64,000 nucleotides of DNA. It comes from the human T2T-CHM13v2.0 reference genome, Homo sapiens. Numbering within the stretch: the stretch's first letter is position 1; the number at the start of each line of letters is the position of its first letter. This document shows positions 1 through 13,217 of this stretch, one piece after another. The notes beneath the pieces are model-generated. The model did no database searches, had not been told where the DNA came from, and worked only from the letters and a program-made list of their open reading frames with translations. The translations under genes were made by a program, and so were the position numbers. The stretch lies in assembly GCF_009914755.1 (NCBI RefSeq), contig NC_060933.1; one strand, 5' to 3'.

Positions 1-29
1 CTTTTAAACCTGGGAACAAGAAGAGATTC

Positions 30-539
30 TCTATTATTTTCCTATGCTGCTGTAACAAATTGCCACAAAATGGGTAGCTTAAAGCAACACAGACTTTTTC
101 TGTTATAGTTCTGAAGGTCAAAAATTCATAAACAGTATCAGTGGTCTAAAACCAAGGTGTGATCAGCACCCTATTTTTTCCAGAGAACTCAGGGGAGAGT
201 AATTCTAGAAATTATTCCAGAAACGCAGCTTCTAGAACTACATTTCTTGTCTCAAAGGCCCCTTCTTCTATCTTCAAAGATAGCAGCGTATAATTTTCAA
301 ATATTTCTCCACTTCCATGATCACATAACCTAGATTCTATGTCAAATCTCCCTCTCCATCACTCTTATAAGGACACTTAAGATTGCATTTAGAGCCCACC
401 AAGATAATTCATGATAATCTTCCATCACAAAATTCTTCACTTATTCACATCTGCAAGTCTCTTTGCCATAAAGGTTACATTTACAGGTACTAAGGATTAA
501 GACCTGACATCTCTTGAGGCCATTATTCAGCCTAACACA
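30..539 (-). mobile_element. MLT1 (MLT1C/D-like) MaLR solo LTR
   Basis: Begins ...TTTCCTATGCTGCTGTAACAAATTGCCACAAA and ends GGCCATTATTCAGCCTAACACA, the reverse complements of the MLT1 termini; about 510 bp. Confidence 0.8.
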
Positions 540-893
540 GATGTCCTCTCTTGCTGCTTGTTTTACACATTGTACTTTTCTTAATACTTTTGAGAAAGTT
601 TGCTCTAAAGAAGAAAAAAAAGTAGTTCTATATTTGTGAGACGTAGACTGAGGAGAATGACTATTTTTCTAATGTGATATATAAAAGCACATTTATGTGA
701 CAATAGCAATAATAGAGAAGATAAATGAAAGTTATGCAGAAGGGAGAAGATTTGACAATAGCAAGCATGAAAGTCCTGCAGGAGAAAAGTTTGGATGGGA
801 TACTGAATAAAATTGTAATATTACTTTTTGATGCATACGTTCACACCATTTTTTCACAATGCTTCCTAGATTTCTCTGTATTTCTTTCCCATC

Positions 894-1113
894 TATATAT
901 ATATATACACATATATGCATATATATATACACATATATATACACACATATATATACACACACATATATATACACACATATATACACACATATATATATAC
1001 ACATATATACACATATATACACACATATATATACACACATATATATACACACACACACATATATATATACACACACATATATACACACATATATATATAC
1101 ACACACTATATAT

Positions 1114-1158
<45 letters not shown>

Positions 1159-1165
1159 CACACAT
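894..1165. repeat. Compound (TA)n/(CA)n microsatellite
   Basis: Alternating purine-pyrimidine tract directly visible; source of the six low-complexity ORFs at 725-1232. Confidence 0.98.
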
Positions 1166-1286
1166 TTTGACTGAAAATGATTGACTGGGATGAAAGAAAA
1201 TGAGAAAGAAAAACGGAACAAGGAATTCTCAATTATATAAATAGAATATTATAATTAGTAAACCATGAATAAAAGAAGGCATATGG

Positions 1287-1651
<365 letters not shown>

Positions 1652-2077
1652 CTACTTCTGGAATTTCCACCATAAGGAAATAATAATGATGTAGGGGTTC
1701 ACTTGAAGGACAGAACTTGTACTTGGTTACTTATGTACACAATCTCTGCCTTACTCGCTTTTGGTAGATCGTATTGTGTCATTTCAATGTGGCCATTATT
1801 GTCTTTTATGAACATATACAACAAAGTAATATACCTTTACATAATGTCTACATCTCTACTGTAATTTAAAATTTAATGGCTCAAAAATGCTAAATTACAA
1901 AATAGAGGAAGATGTGTGTTAAATGCAGATTAATATAATTTAAATAATATTATATATGATAAGGGTTTGTAAAACTTAACCATTAAGATGGATAGATGAG
2001 AAAGATAGAAACCTAGAATACAATACTAGAAAATCTAGAAACATAGTAGAGATGAGTTCAATAATTCGATTCTATAT

Positions 2078-2301
2078 AAGAGGTCATCAAACTACAAAGC
2101 ACAGAGCTAATCAGGCCACTGATACATTTTGGTAAACAAAGTTTTATTAGAATAAAGTGACATCCTTTTATTTTACATATTGTTTACGGCTACTTATGCA
2201 CTACGATGGCAAATATTGGTACTCGTGACAGAGATCACATGGCACGTACATTCTAAAATACTTAATAGTTGGCCCTTCACGAAAGGTTTTGAGAGCTACT
2301 G
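2078..2301 (+). mobile_element. MER58A (hAT-Charlie MITE)
   Basis: Matches recalled MER58A blocks: GTAAACAAAGTTTTATTAGAA, GTGACAGAGATCACATGGC, CTAAAATACTTAATAGTTGGCCCTT. Confidence 0.8.
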
Positions 2302-3944
2302 CTCTAGGAAATCTCAGGTTCAATGTCAGTTATGAATCAGCGTTGCTTAGCATAGCCATGTTTGAAATCCTTTCCAATGACAATAATTGTTACTGCCTCT
2401 AGACAGAAGAGTCCAATTATTTTAAGGTTTCATTATTAGGAATGGTTCATTTAATTAAGCCATAGTTGTTACTTCAAGTATAATTAATTAGTGAAGCTAT
2501 ATTGCTTTTATGGGATATAATTAATAGGAAAATAGGTTACTGCTCTGTGGCATAGTTATAATTTAAATGCTGTGGCTTTATAGAATTTAAAGGTAGGGTC
2601 TGTTTATTATGAATTATGCCTCCCATCATCTAGCTCATGTGAGGTAGTTCTGGAATAGCACATTATTTATGTTTGCTGATAATTTATTTTAGATATAATG
2701 GTTGGTTAGGAAGGAGTTCATGGTGAAGAAGGTAGATGTCACAAAAACATGCCTGAAATGGTGATGGAGAAGACGAATCCGTGTATTTATTCATTTAATA
2801 AATTATGTTGTCATTCAAGCAAATACAAATAGTCTTTACTCTGAACATTCATATAAAATATCTGTTGTATAATTAATCGTGTGCTTCTGAATAAAATGGA
2901 TGAAAGCATAGTTTGCATTATAAGCATTAATTCATTAAAATTTACCCTGAACATTGTTATTTGGTTTTATTAGCAAGAAATATAGCACTTGGAATGGTTT
3001 ACTAAATACATGTGAAGAACTCTAGATCATAAAGAACCTAAAATACAGAATTTTCAGCATTATTATAATCTATTTAATTACACATTCAGGTTTATTTGTT
3101 ACTGAAACTTAGTAACTTGATTTTGGGAGTTTTATATCGCTTCTGTGTCTTGTTTGTTTGCACAAGTTTGTTTATGGTGAAGTGCAAAGTATTTTAGTAA
3201 AAGGGATTTGAGCCACAGATGACAAATAATTACAGGAACATATAACATAAACTACACTTGGACTTTAAAGCAGGTTTAGATTATATTACTTTGGTTATTA
3301 TTCTTTGTTTTCAAAAGGGAATGATGGGTTATAGCTATATGCCTAAATATTTAGGCAAAACACGACAAAAGAAGGGTGAAGAGACCTTTTATCTAATGGC
3401 CAAAGTAGAAGGTAGCACTCATAAAATATACTGTTTTGTGTAATAAGTGAATGGAATCTTTACACAATTTTTTGCTAGGGTTAATTGTTTAGGAAACTTT
3501 TCTAATTGGCAACTACTTCATAGAAAAACTTGATCCAGACCTATATGTGGAACTTCCCTTTATATTAACTTGCTGAAATTATTAAAGTTAAGAGCTTGTT
3601 TTTCCAGGTTGATACTCTCAAGACCTACAAAGACCAGCACATTGAAGCAATCAGTTGATTACCGTCGTGATGCCTGCGTATGTTTATTTCATGTCAGACA
3701 CACCTGAGGTCTGTAATTGAATACATAAAGAGTGCAACCATGGAAGAAACAAGGTTGGCTTGTGGTGTTCCTATGGCAGCATCGACACAGCTTCAAGTGC
3801 ACCATGAGCATGAGCACTGCCAAGAAAATATATTGGCTCTCAACTCTCAGAATACTGCCGCGTCTAGAACTTTTGGCCTTGCCAACCACTGGGCAGTAAG
3901 AGACAGTAACAAATCACAGCAGATACTGTTTCCTTAGAGCAATT

Positions 3945-4338
3945 AAATTACATCAGAAAAACTAAGCTGAGTGATAACAAAACAATTTCTAAATGTCAGG
4001 AGCCTGTATCAATTCATTCATAAGTTGCTCATTTCACATGTCCTTGGTGTTGCTTATGATTCTACTCATGGGTCATTGTCACCTTTATACCAGGATCTAG
4101 AGGACAAAGCAGCCACTCCAGAACATTGAAAGTTACTGTAGTCAAGGAAAAAAAGAATGTTGTGAGGCACGCTCTGAATTTTTGCCTCTAGAAGGAAACA
4201 GACACTTTAGTCTACTAACATTTCAATAAGCAAAAGGAAATCACATTCCATAACTGAATTAAACAGGGCAGTGAGCTATATCCTACCATGTGTATGAAGA
4301 AGCCAAAAAATATGTAAGCAATCCTAATGTTTATCACC
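3945..4338 (-). mobile_element. Old MLT1 (MLT1K-like) LTR
   Basis: Degenerate similarity: AGCAGCCACTCCAGAACATTG, ACATTTCAATAAGCAAAAGGAAATCACAT, ATCCTACCATGTG. Confidence 0.55.
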
Positions 4339-4416
4339 TTAAATTTATCCATGCATGCCACTGTGGTCACTTTCACTGTAAAAGCAGTCATTGCAGAATC
4401 ATCACTAGTATCTCAG

Positions 4417-5160
4417 TGTATTAGTCAGGGCAATTAATATTAGTTTCTGAACCAAACTGCAAATATCTGTGACTTAACACAATTTTTTTTCTTCTCATTC
4501 ATATAATAATTCAGTAGAGGATTAACTTTCTGAAATTCCTTAAAGGTTTTCACTGAATCCCCTGCATTTAATATAAAGAGGAGTATGAGAAGCATTGCGT
4601 GAGGTATCTTATAGCTCAGTCTAAAAGTGGGAAATATAACTTTTACCTACATTTCATTCACCAGTGAAATGGTCTCATCCTACCTGCAATTGAGGCTGAA
4701 AAATACAGCATTTCCTTGTGGTCCAAAGAAGGAAATAATGTTATCTCACCAATCTCTGTCAAGGTCAGTCCTTCTGATGCCAAAATACCTGCTTTAATCT
4801 TCCTCCCATTATAAAACACACTGACTTCTCTCAAAATGAAAAATGCAGAGTTCTTTCAAGGTCTGGCATCCAGCTCAAAATGTAGTATCTCTGGTCACTC
4901 ATAATTCTCCCAGTGAGGTCCAGATAAGGTCCTCATTTCTCAGTAAAATCTAAACTTAAAAGAATAAATATGTGTCCTGTGTACAAATATGCAACGGTGA
5001 AGTGGGAACAAGGTGGCAGCAATAAATACATCTCTATCACCACAGTCATTTGTTCTTGACTATTTGCAAATCATTTCAGGAAGACATGGTGAAACATCCT
5101 ACACTGTGAGTGGCAGAACCCCATGTGCACTGCAATCTCATTTCCTACCCTCCGGAGGAG
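4417..5160 (-). mobile_element. Old MLT1 (J/L-like) LTR plus adjacent MLT1-internal-like sequence
   Basis: Starts TGTATTAGTCAGGG and continues as degenerate MaLR-like sequence; boundaries approximate. Confidence 0.4.
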
Positions 5161-5334
5161 TATATAAACTTTTCCTACGTAAATAATGGCCACATTTTTG
5201 TATCGATACATTGTAAGTTCTAAGATGTGTGTGTTTTTTTAAGAGGAATTAAAATAGAAAAGCATATACCTGAAAGATGTTCCTCGGGATATATCTGCAT
5301 ATATTCTCTACTCTTGTCATTTTAAATAAAAATA

Positions 5335-5580
5335 CAGTGGTCCCTTGATATCCTCAAAAGATTGGGTCCAGGACCCCAGAGGATACCAAAATCAGCACAT
5401 ATTCAAGTAATCCTGTGGAACCAGAGTATACAAAAAGTCAGTCCTCCATATCTGCGGGTTTTTCATCCTGTGGCTACTGTATTTTGATCCACATTTCAAT
5501 GCAGATGCTGATTTTTTTAATTAAAAGAATCTCTATATAAGGGGATGCACACAGCTCAAGCTCATGTTGTTCGTCAACCG
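5335..5580 (+). mobile_element. MER8 (TcMar-Tigger MITE)
   Basis: TA|CAGTGGTCCCTTG...CCAGGACCCC...ATACCAAAATC...TGTTGTTC..GTCAACCG|TA, with TA target duplication. Confidence 0.8.
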
Positions 5581-5699
5581 TACTTTTTTATTTCTGTCCA
5601 ATATAATTTAAATAACATAATTCTGTGAACTGCATGTCATTAATTACATATACTAAGAGGTGGCATACCAATGTGTTTAAATTCCAAGAAATGGTGGCT

Positions 5700-6372
5700 A
5701 GCAAATTTAATTCTCATCTCTGCTCTGCCACAGACAAGTTCTGAAGTCTTGAGCAAATCATGAGTATCTGTCTCTAGCTTACTCACCTTAAGAAGGAGCC
5801 AGTAAGTAGCAATTATCTTTCAGTGTTCTTATGAGGAGTAAATAACCTGTACACATCAATGCTTAGAACAGAGATTGCCATGTGGTATTATGTCCAGAGT
5901 TGGTTCCTGCAGGTGGGTTTGGTGGGTTCGTGGTCTTGCTGACTTCAAGAATGGAGTCACGGACCTTTGCCGTGTTACAGATCTTAAAGATTGCATGGAC
6001 CCAACGAGTGAGCGGTAGCAAGGTTTATTGTGAAGAGCAAAAGGACAAAGCTTCCACAGCATAGAAGGGGACACCAGCAGGTTGCTGCTGCTGGCTGGGG
6101 TGGCCAGCTTTTATTCACGTATTGGCCCCTCCCATGTTCCATTTTTGTCCTACCAGAGTGCCCTTTTTTTCAATCCTCCCTGCAATTGGCTACTTTTAGG
6201 ATCCTGCTGATTGGTGCTTTTTACAGAGCGCTGATTGGTGCATTTTACAGAGCGCTGATTGGTGCATTTTACAAACCTCTTGCTAGACAAAAAGGTTCTC
6301 CAAGTCTCCACTCCACCTAGGAAGTCCAGCTGGCTTCACCTCTCAGTATGTTCTGAATAAACTGGGCTATTA
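5700..6372 (+). mobile_element. MIR, interrupted near its 3' end by LTR12F
   Basis: MIR core (CTCTGCCAC..TTGAGCAAATCA..ATGCTTAGAACAG); the tail resumes after the LTR (TGAATAAACTGGGCTATTA). Confidence 0.65.
5889..6345 (-). mobile_element. LTR12F-like (ERV9) solo LTR
   Basis: Minus strand starts TGAGAGGTGAAGCCAGCTGGACTTCC; three tandem ACCAATCAGC units; 4-bp TSD GTAT at 5885-5888 and 6346-6349. Confidence 0.9.
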
Positions 6373-6689
6373 AATATGTGATATAAATTAATCAAGCAGA
6401 GAAAAAGTTACTAGTGACAGGGAAAAGGAGAAAATATGTATTCAATATTATTTTGTAAACAATTTATAAATATGCTTCACCTATGAGTTTCTTCTCAGTA
6501 CCTTAGAAACTATAACACCATGGAAAATTTTGGATAGTTTAGGGAAGTGCATTATTTGGTAATGTGAAAAATAAGATGGTCGTGATAAAGCAACTTGGGA
6601 AAAAAGAAAGGGCATGAATCTTGAGAACACGTACTTTCTGAGAATTTTCATGTTTAGAAAAGAGCAAGCTAAAAATCTGGAAGCGTGTT

Positions 6690-7192
6690 TTTTCACAGGC
6701 AATTTTCAATTGGCCTCATGCATTTCTGTGCATCTTGCAAATAGAAAGGCACTAGCTTCACATTTATTACAGGTTTTCCTTTTTAAAGATCTTTATATAG
6801 TGGATAGCCCTGGAAGATCAAGATATTGTTTATTTATGGATGAGAGAACAGATTTATTTTCAAGTAAAATGAAGATAGTGTTTCCTCCACAGAAAACATC
6901 AGACAAGTGTGCTTACTGCTCATTTATTAAAGATTTAAGTTTCCTTTACTTGGAGTTCTTCATCTGTGACACAAACTGTGTGTAGCATCAACTTGAACTC
7001 CTTGTCATCATCTCCAGTAAACTTGAGGGAAAACAGGAACCAGAGCAAAGATGAAGCTCGTGCAACTCTGTGCTGTGCTGCAAATAATGGAAGTCTTTCT
7101 GTCTCTGACCAAAGAGTTATGTGTCTTCTGCCAGCATCCATAAAACTGAAGCAGGCTAACTTGTAAGCTCAGATCCTTCACAGTTCTTGACA
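6690..7192 (+). mobile_element. ERVL LTR (MER54/MER74-like)
   Basis: 3' end GTCTTCTGCCAGCATCCATAAAACTG..GCAGGCTAACTTG..CTCAGATCCTTCACAGTTCTTGACA; 5' boundary approximate. Confidence 0.6.
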
Positions 7193-9059
7193 ATAGTCCC
7201 TTAAAACTGTCTGCAGATGCACATCCCTTGGAAAAATTTTGCATCCTTTTAAGAATAATTAATATCCTAGTTAATGACAACTATATGACAGGATAGATCA
7301 CTTTAAGCTTCTACCCAGATTACTATAACTTTTAGGTAAATAATGTATATGCCACTTTTTCTAAGGTTATCTAGCCATTTTCGATGTAGAAAACAATATT
7401 GTGTAAGATAAGCTGAGCGTATTTTTCACTTCGTTTTTGTTTTGCAAAACAATTTTATTGGTTTTGTTAATGCCCCAATCATCAGTACTGCTTGGTATAA
7501 GAGCCGAGTTTGAAGAATTATCATGTTGCAAATGTATTTTGCTCATTTATTTCAAATTAGTAGACAGAATTGAGAGGTGGAAAATTTTAGAAAAATCTTG
7601 GTTAATCATACTTGGAATTTGGTTATGTAATATCTCTTTCTCTTTTGGGGAATACAAAGGTTCATAAACTAGTGATAATCTTCACTCTTGGAACCATTAG
7701 ATGCTATCATGAGGTTAGCACAGAAGATAAATTTATAATGTTGCAGTGAGGTAAGGAAATAAAACATGTAAGTCTTTGAAAACAACACTATGAGAGACCT
7801 TGCAGGCTAAAAATTAGACACCAAAGCATTTTTTGTTACTTTTGGAGAATAAAAGAAGTGTGCCCCTCAATGTCTTGTGGGAGAAAATATATAGTTTGAT
7901 ACACTTGTCAATATCTCTAACTCAAAAATGATGAGTATAACGAGTGACCCTTATTGTAGTCTTATATTTCTCTCCAACAATTAAGAGAGTTGGTGGGGAT
8001 GTTTTTTCCATGAGTTCATCCTGGGCCCCAGGAGATTTTCATCTTGTATTCTCTTTATAATCCTATCTTAGTGTTTCATCCTCATGGCTAAGTTCAGCAA
8101 TACTTCACAGTAAAATGTGTAAGAAGAGATGTAAAAACAATCGGCTTTGTCTTTATGGAGATTAACTTAAATTTATGCTCATAATATAATTCATATTATA
8201 CTTGATCAAAATTAATCACTGATAAGAGACTATAGAAGGTAATCTCCTGCTTGTGGTCATAAGTACTTAGGATTCTATTACTAAACAAAATGAAAGAATG
8301 CATTATATGGACAATTAGTGGTCTCTAGTACAAAGAAATTACCAGGTCATTTCCAATTCTCAATATTAAAAAAAAGTTTATTTCTTACTGCACTATCAAA
8401 TTGGAAAGGTCAGTACAGGGGCATTCAATAACAGTAAAAATATGAATAACAATCATATGTATAACAACAGAATCATTTAAAAAGATGTATATTTAAAATG
8501 TGATTATTGCATTTTATTTCCCCTGGCAGAAAATAATAAACTGGAGAAAAATCACATTTGATTGATGTCTGTTACATGGATTTTTAAAATTTGTATCAAT
8601 GAATGCTTTTTAAAGGTAAACTAATTGAGGCCTACCAAAGATAAATAAATCTTAATTATTTTGGTAAATATATTTTACAGTTTCATTCTTTTTCAACTTA
8701 AGTTAGATAATATGTACTATATTCTCTCCTAATATAAATGTTTATGAGCATTGAAACTCCATCTGGAGAAAATAGAAACACTTTTAATTTAAATGACGTT
8801 TGAAGAAGGAAATGTATAAATGTATTCAAAACTGTAAGTGAAAATGGGAAGGTCCTATTAAAAAAAAAAGAAAGGATAAACAGTTTCCAATGACTTTTCT
8901 ATAATATTAGCAAATTTATTATGATCTGTTATGAAAGACTGTTTTGCCTTCCTTGTTTCTACTGTCTCAACTCCCTAAGTACTAATTCAATTGAAAAGTT
9001 ACTTCAGGTATGGGTCCATTTTAATGTCCCTCTACAAGATCTGCAGTGCCATTAATTAT

Positions 9060-9165
9060 AATCATATAATCTTAGAGCCAAAAGGGCCCTTAGAGATTAT
9101 CTAATCCTATTCTATTAATGCATGATGAAATGGGCTTAGCAATCTGTCTAAGGTTACACAAATTC
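9060..9165 (-). mobile_element. MIR fragment
   Basis: CTTAGAGCCAAAAGGGCCCTTAGAGATTATCTAATCC...CTAAGGTTACACA. Confidence 0.55.
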
Positions 9166-10442
9166 AAAAACACATAGAAAGTTTTCATAATCAAATTAAA
9201 TTAAAAGTACAAAACAATGTCACTAATTTATGTATAAGAAAATATTAAATATCATTTTATATGAAGTGATTCTGATAATTTTAATGAGTTCATAACAATG
9301 CTTCTAAATATTTCAAAATTTTAGTTTATCATCCAAATATAATAATATACACTTTTATAAGTGAGTCTTCTACAGTGAAAATTACTAATTATAGGAAAGA
9401 GAAAATCATAGATAAATAGGGTTGTATCAAACTCTTAAAATGTACATGTGGAAATTTAAAAATATCCTCTTGACAAGGGGATGTTGATGTCATTCCATAA
9501 CAGGATTGACATGTGTAATTAAAACAAACAACAAAAATTAAGAATATATAAATAATATTTAAATGCTTGAATTTGTTATTTATAATGAATATTGAAATTT
9601 ATTTAGTGAGATAAAAGGTTAACAAATTCTTGAATATAATTATACTACTTTTATAATAAAATGCATCCAAGCTGAAATCTCACTTCTGTTGTCAACTGCT
9701 TTGATGGTTCTAGACTCATTTCCCTATTTTTGGTGAGTCATAAGATGGATGACACACATGCTCAATAGCAGGTTATTTTCATGGCTAAGGTTTATCATAG
9801 CAAAAACTACAGAGCAAAACCAGTTCTACTCATATTTTTAATGAATAATAAGCTAATGATATCTTGTTATTCCTATGCTTTGTCTATCATACCTACACAT
9901 AAATATAAGCACTGGTAAGTTCTGGTTCCAAACATAGCTTATATATGAATGCCATAATCATTCAACATGCATACATTAGCCTTGAATTTTGAAGATTAAA
10001 AAGTGTTTGTAAAACTACCTAGAAAAAATTTATTATGATTACAGCCACTATTAGATTTCAAAAGGGTTCATCAGAAATCTCTGAGGTATATGATGGGGAA
10101 AGAATATTTTGACTACCACTTTAACAGGTCTGCTATTTAATAATATTAGTTTCTTTTTAATTGATGTTTCATGGACATCCAGAATACTAGCTATAAAATC
10201 ATATATGCTGCATAATGCAAGCAAAACAAAAGCACCTGTAAATATTACAGAAGACTATACATGTATGTATATCATTGCCATAAAATACCTATATACATAT
10301 ACGTATATACACACATAATTGTTTTCACAACCATGATAGTATTACTTACAAAAGCATGCAAATTTAGGGAGATGGCTAAATAAGTTATGGCTTTTTCATA
10401 AATTGTAAGCCTATTCATTATAAAATATTATTGAGGATCAAC

Positions 10443-11360
10443 TTTCATTTGTTCCCCAACAAATTATTGAGCATCTACTATGCATATTCTAGGCCCATTT
10501 GTAGGGACTGGGGAAAAAATAGTGAAAATAACATTCAGAATGTCTTGGCTTCACAGAGCTGTTGTTCCAGTGTTGGGAGAAAAACAGTAATTAATACCAC
10601 AAAGTATCATGTGTTGTATGCCAGATGGTTTAAGTTCTATTCTAAAAAATGTGGCAAAGAAGGGGAATAGAGAGTTCTGGGCACAAGAGGTGCTGGATAC
10701 TGAACAAGATGGTTGCCGAAAGCCTCACTGGGTGGTATCATCTGAATACAATGAATGGTTATGAGAGAATGAGCCAAGAGCATAATTGAGAGAACATATT
10801 TTCAGGGAGCAGAAATAGCAAATGAGGCCTTGGTGTATGAACGCACCCGTGAGGTTCCACTAAGGATGCCAATGTGATACAGCAGAGGAGATGAGATCAC
10901 ACTCCATGGGGAGATGGTCACATAAAGCTTCTTAGAAAATGGTAAGAACTTTTGTTTATTTAATTGGCAGCCATGAAGGATTTTAAACAGAAAAGCAATC
11001 GCCTCTTTAAAGAATTAGCAGTAACAGTTTGACTGATCTGTGAAAATAGACCATAGCATAGCAAAAGAGAAAACAGGGAAATTAGTGAGGAAACTATCGT
11101 GTAAACTATTCCTGAAGCTGTTGTAAACTATAAACTATGTAAATTATAAATTGAAATTGTTCTATGCAAACAAGATATATTTGAACCCTGTATATTAGAG
11201 GCAAAAGTCCATAATATTGGCAATGTTTTGGCCTGAACTATGGGAGGAACAGAGTTGGAATTACTCACCTGGGTTTAAATTTGGGAGGAGCAAATTTGGG
11301 ATTAGAGGATAGGAAAGATCAATAGTTTTATTTTTAACAGGCTTAATTTTAAATAGACAC
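10443..11360 (-). mobile_element. L2 (L2a-like) 3' region
   Basis: TTCATTTGTT..CAACAAATTATTGAGCATCTACTATG tail, followed by purine-rich antisense L2 body (GCAGCCATGAAGGATTTTAAACAG). Confidence 0.7.
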
Positions 11361-12930
11361 TTAATCATATAATATATTTTAAATAAATTATTAATCATAA
11401 AATAATGTCAGGCTAATTCTAATACTCACCTATCAATTATAAATAAATAAAATGATAAGAAAATACATAAAAACCGCAATAGTTGTTGTAATTAGACAGT
11501 GGAGTTACTTGTGATTTTAATGATGTAGGAATTATTCTGTTTTTTAAATAATAAATCTTATTAATTTTATAATTATCAAAGATGCTATAAAAAGAAATAT
11601 TTTTTATTACTATGCTACTGATGTATTTCCATTGCATTGACTAACAAAATTAATACTAGAATTTTCAAAAGTATCCACAGTGGTTACTTTATTTGCACTG
11701 TTAATTCAGCTCTTTTTAAGTATACCTTCTAGTTCCCTAATTGATATAATTCAGAGACTACACTTGGACACAATTTAATGAATAAGCAAATTAGGTCCAG
11801 TTATTCCAATATGAAATTCCTTTTAATTATGGGCTACTTTTGGAGATGTAGAATAATTTGAATGTTTAATTTGGTGATTCAGTATGACCTACTTCACATT
11901 GTTTTATGAGTGGGTGAAAAATATAAGTGCTAGGAAATGTGTACCAGAAATAATTTGTCATCTAATTACATTTCAGAACATTATACCTCCTCAAAACTTT
12001 GTTTCAGCATATATCTCATTTTAAAAATCTATGTTGTATATATGTTTACTTCTTTAAAATTTTAAAAATGTTTGTGGCATTCACATAAAATACAGAAGAG
12101 AATAGCAATAAGTGACATACATATACTTCAGGACCTGAACATTTATATGACTACATTTTTTTCTTTCCTTAAAAAGAATATATTCAAATACATCATGAGA
12201 AAAATGTATAGCTTTATAGTTAGGATAAACCTTTAATTCAAGTGCTGTTACTTGAATTAAGGATGCACAAGCCCCGGACTCTACTCCACAAACCCCACCT
12301 GCTATTCTCACCACATAAATACCTAGGGAGAGGGATCTGTCTGAAGGAACCTTTCCCACAACAGCCTTTATTCAAAATGACACACCTGCCACTTTCCTGA
12401 TGCCTACTCTTGTACTCCAACTGCAGAGTGATTTATTACACACAGTTTGCTTGTATGTTATATAACAGTGATTACATCAAGGATTTGGGTACTAGCTAAC
12501 TGAATTGATATATTTGAAAGTACTTTATAAAACAGAAAGTGCTGAACAACCATTAAGTATACAGAATGATTTGGCAACAATCATATGTAGTACCATATTT
12601 TCTGAAATATCTATTTCTTAAAAAACAAGTTTCATTAAGTGTATTATTTGCTGAATAATCTCTCAAAGGTCATGTTTTCATATAGCTACTATTATTGCAT
12701 TTTGAAATCAAACATTATTTTCTTTGCCATTTCAGAGAAGCCCTTGGTAATCCAGCCCGCAAATGCAATTCATGCGCATGGCTCTAAAGAGAAATGGGCA
12801 AACAAAAAGAAGATTAACTACACATTCAATAATCATTTATTTATTTTCTTAGAGATATCTACAGTAGCTCTCTCTTATCCTTATTTTAATAAATGCTGAC
12901 GTATAGAATTAGTGAGATTTTTGGTAATAA

Positions 12931-13217
12931 TATTTTTTTTTGAGGCAGAGTCTTGCTCTGCCAACCAGGTTGAAGTGCAGTGGTACAATCTCCACTCCCT
13001 GCAACCTCCACCTCCTGGGTTTAAGCGATTCTCCTGCTTCAGCCTCCTGAGTAGCTGACAGGTGCGCACCACCACGACCTGGCTAATTTTTTGCATTTTT
13101 AGTAGAGATGGAGTTTCACCATGTTGGCCAGGCTGGTCTCACTCCTGACCTCAAGTGATCTGCCTGCCTCGGCCTCCCAGAGTGCTGGGATTACAGGCAT
13201 GAGCCACCGCGCCCACC
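12931..13217 (-). mobile_element. AluSx/Sz
   Basis: Antisense Alu dimer with CCTGACCTCAAGTGATC. Confidence 0.93.

Noticed and set aside
725-1232. Six overlapping ORFs of 69-166 aa (YIHT/VCIY-rich)
   Set aside because: Stop-free translations of the TA/CA microsatellite; not genes
6206-6272. Three regularly spaced 24-bp repeats resembling a CRISPR-like array
   Set aside because: Tandem CCAAT units intrinsic to LTR12; no unique spacers, no cas genes, eukaryotic context
6614-6985. 123-aa ATG ORF (and the 122-aa ORF at 35580-35948)
   Set aside because: The first overlaps an ERVL LTR; both have AT-biased composition and no recognisable homology, and such lengths are expected by chance in 64 kb
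12241-12800. GC-richer unique patch with possible splice sites (acceptor TTTCAG at 12736)
   Set aside because: No convincing paired donor and acceptor on either strand; cannot be supported without transcript data
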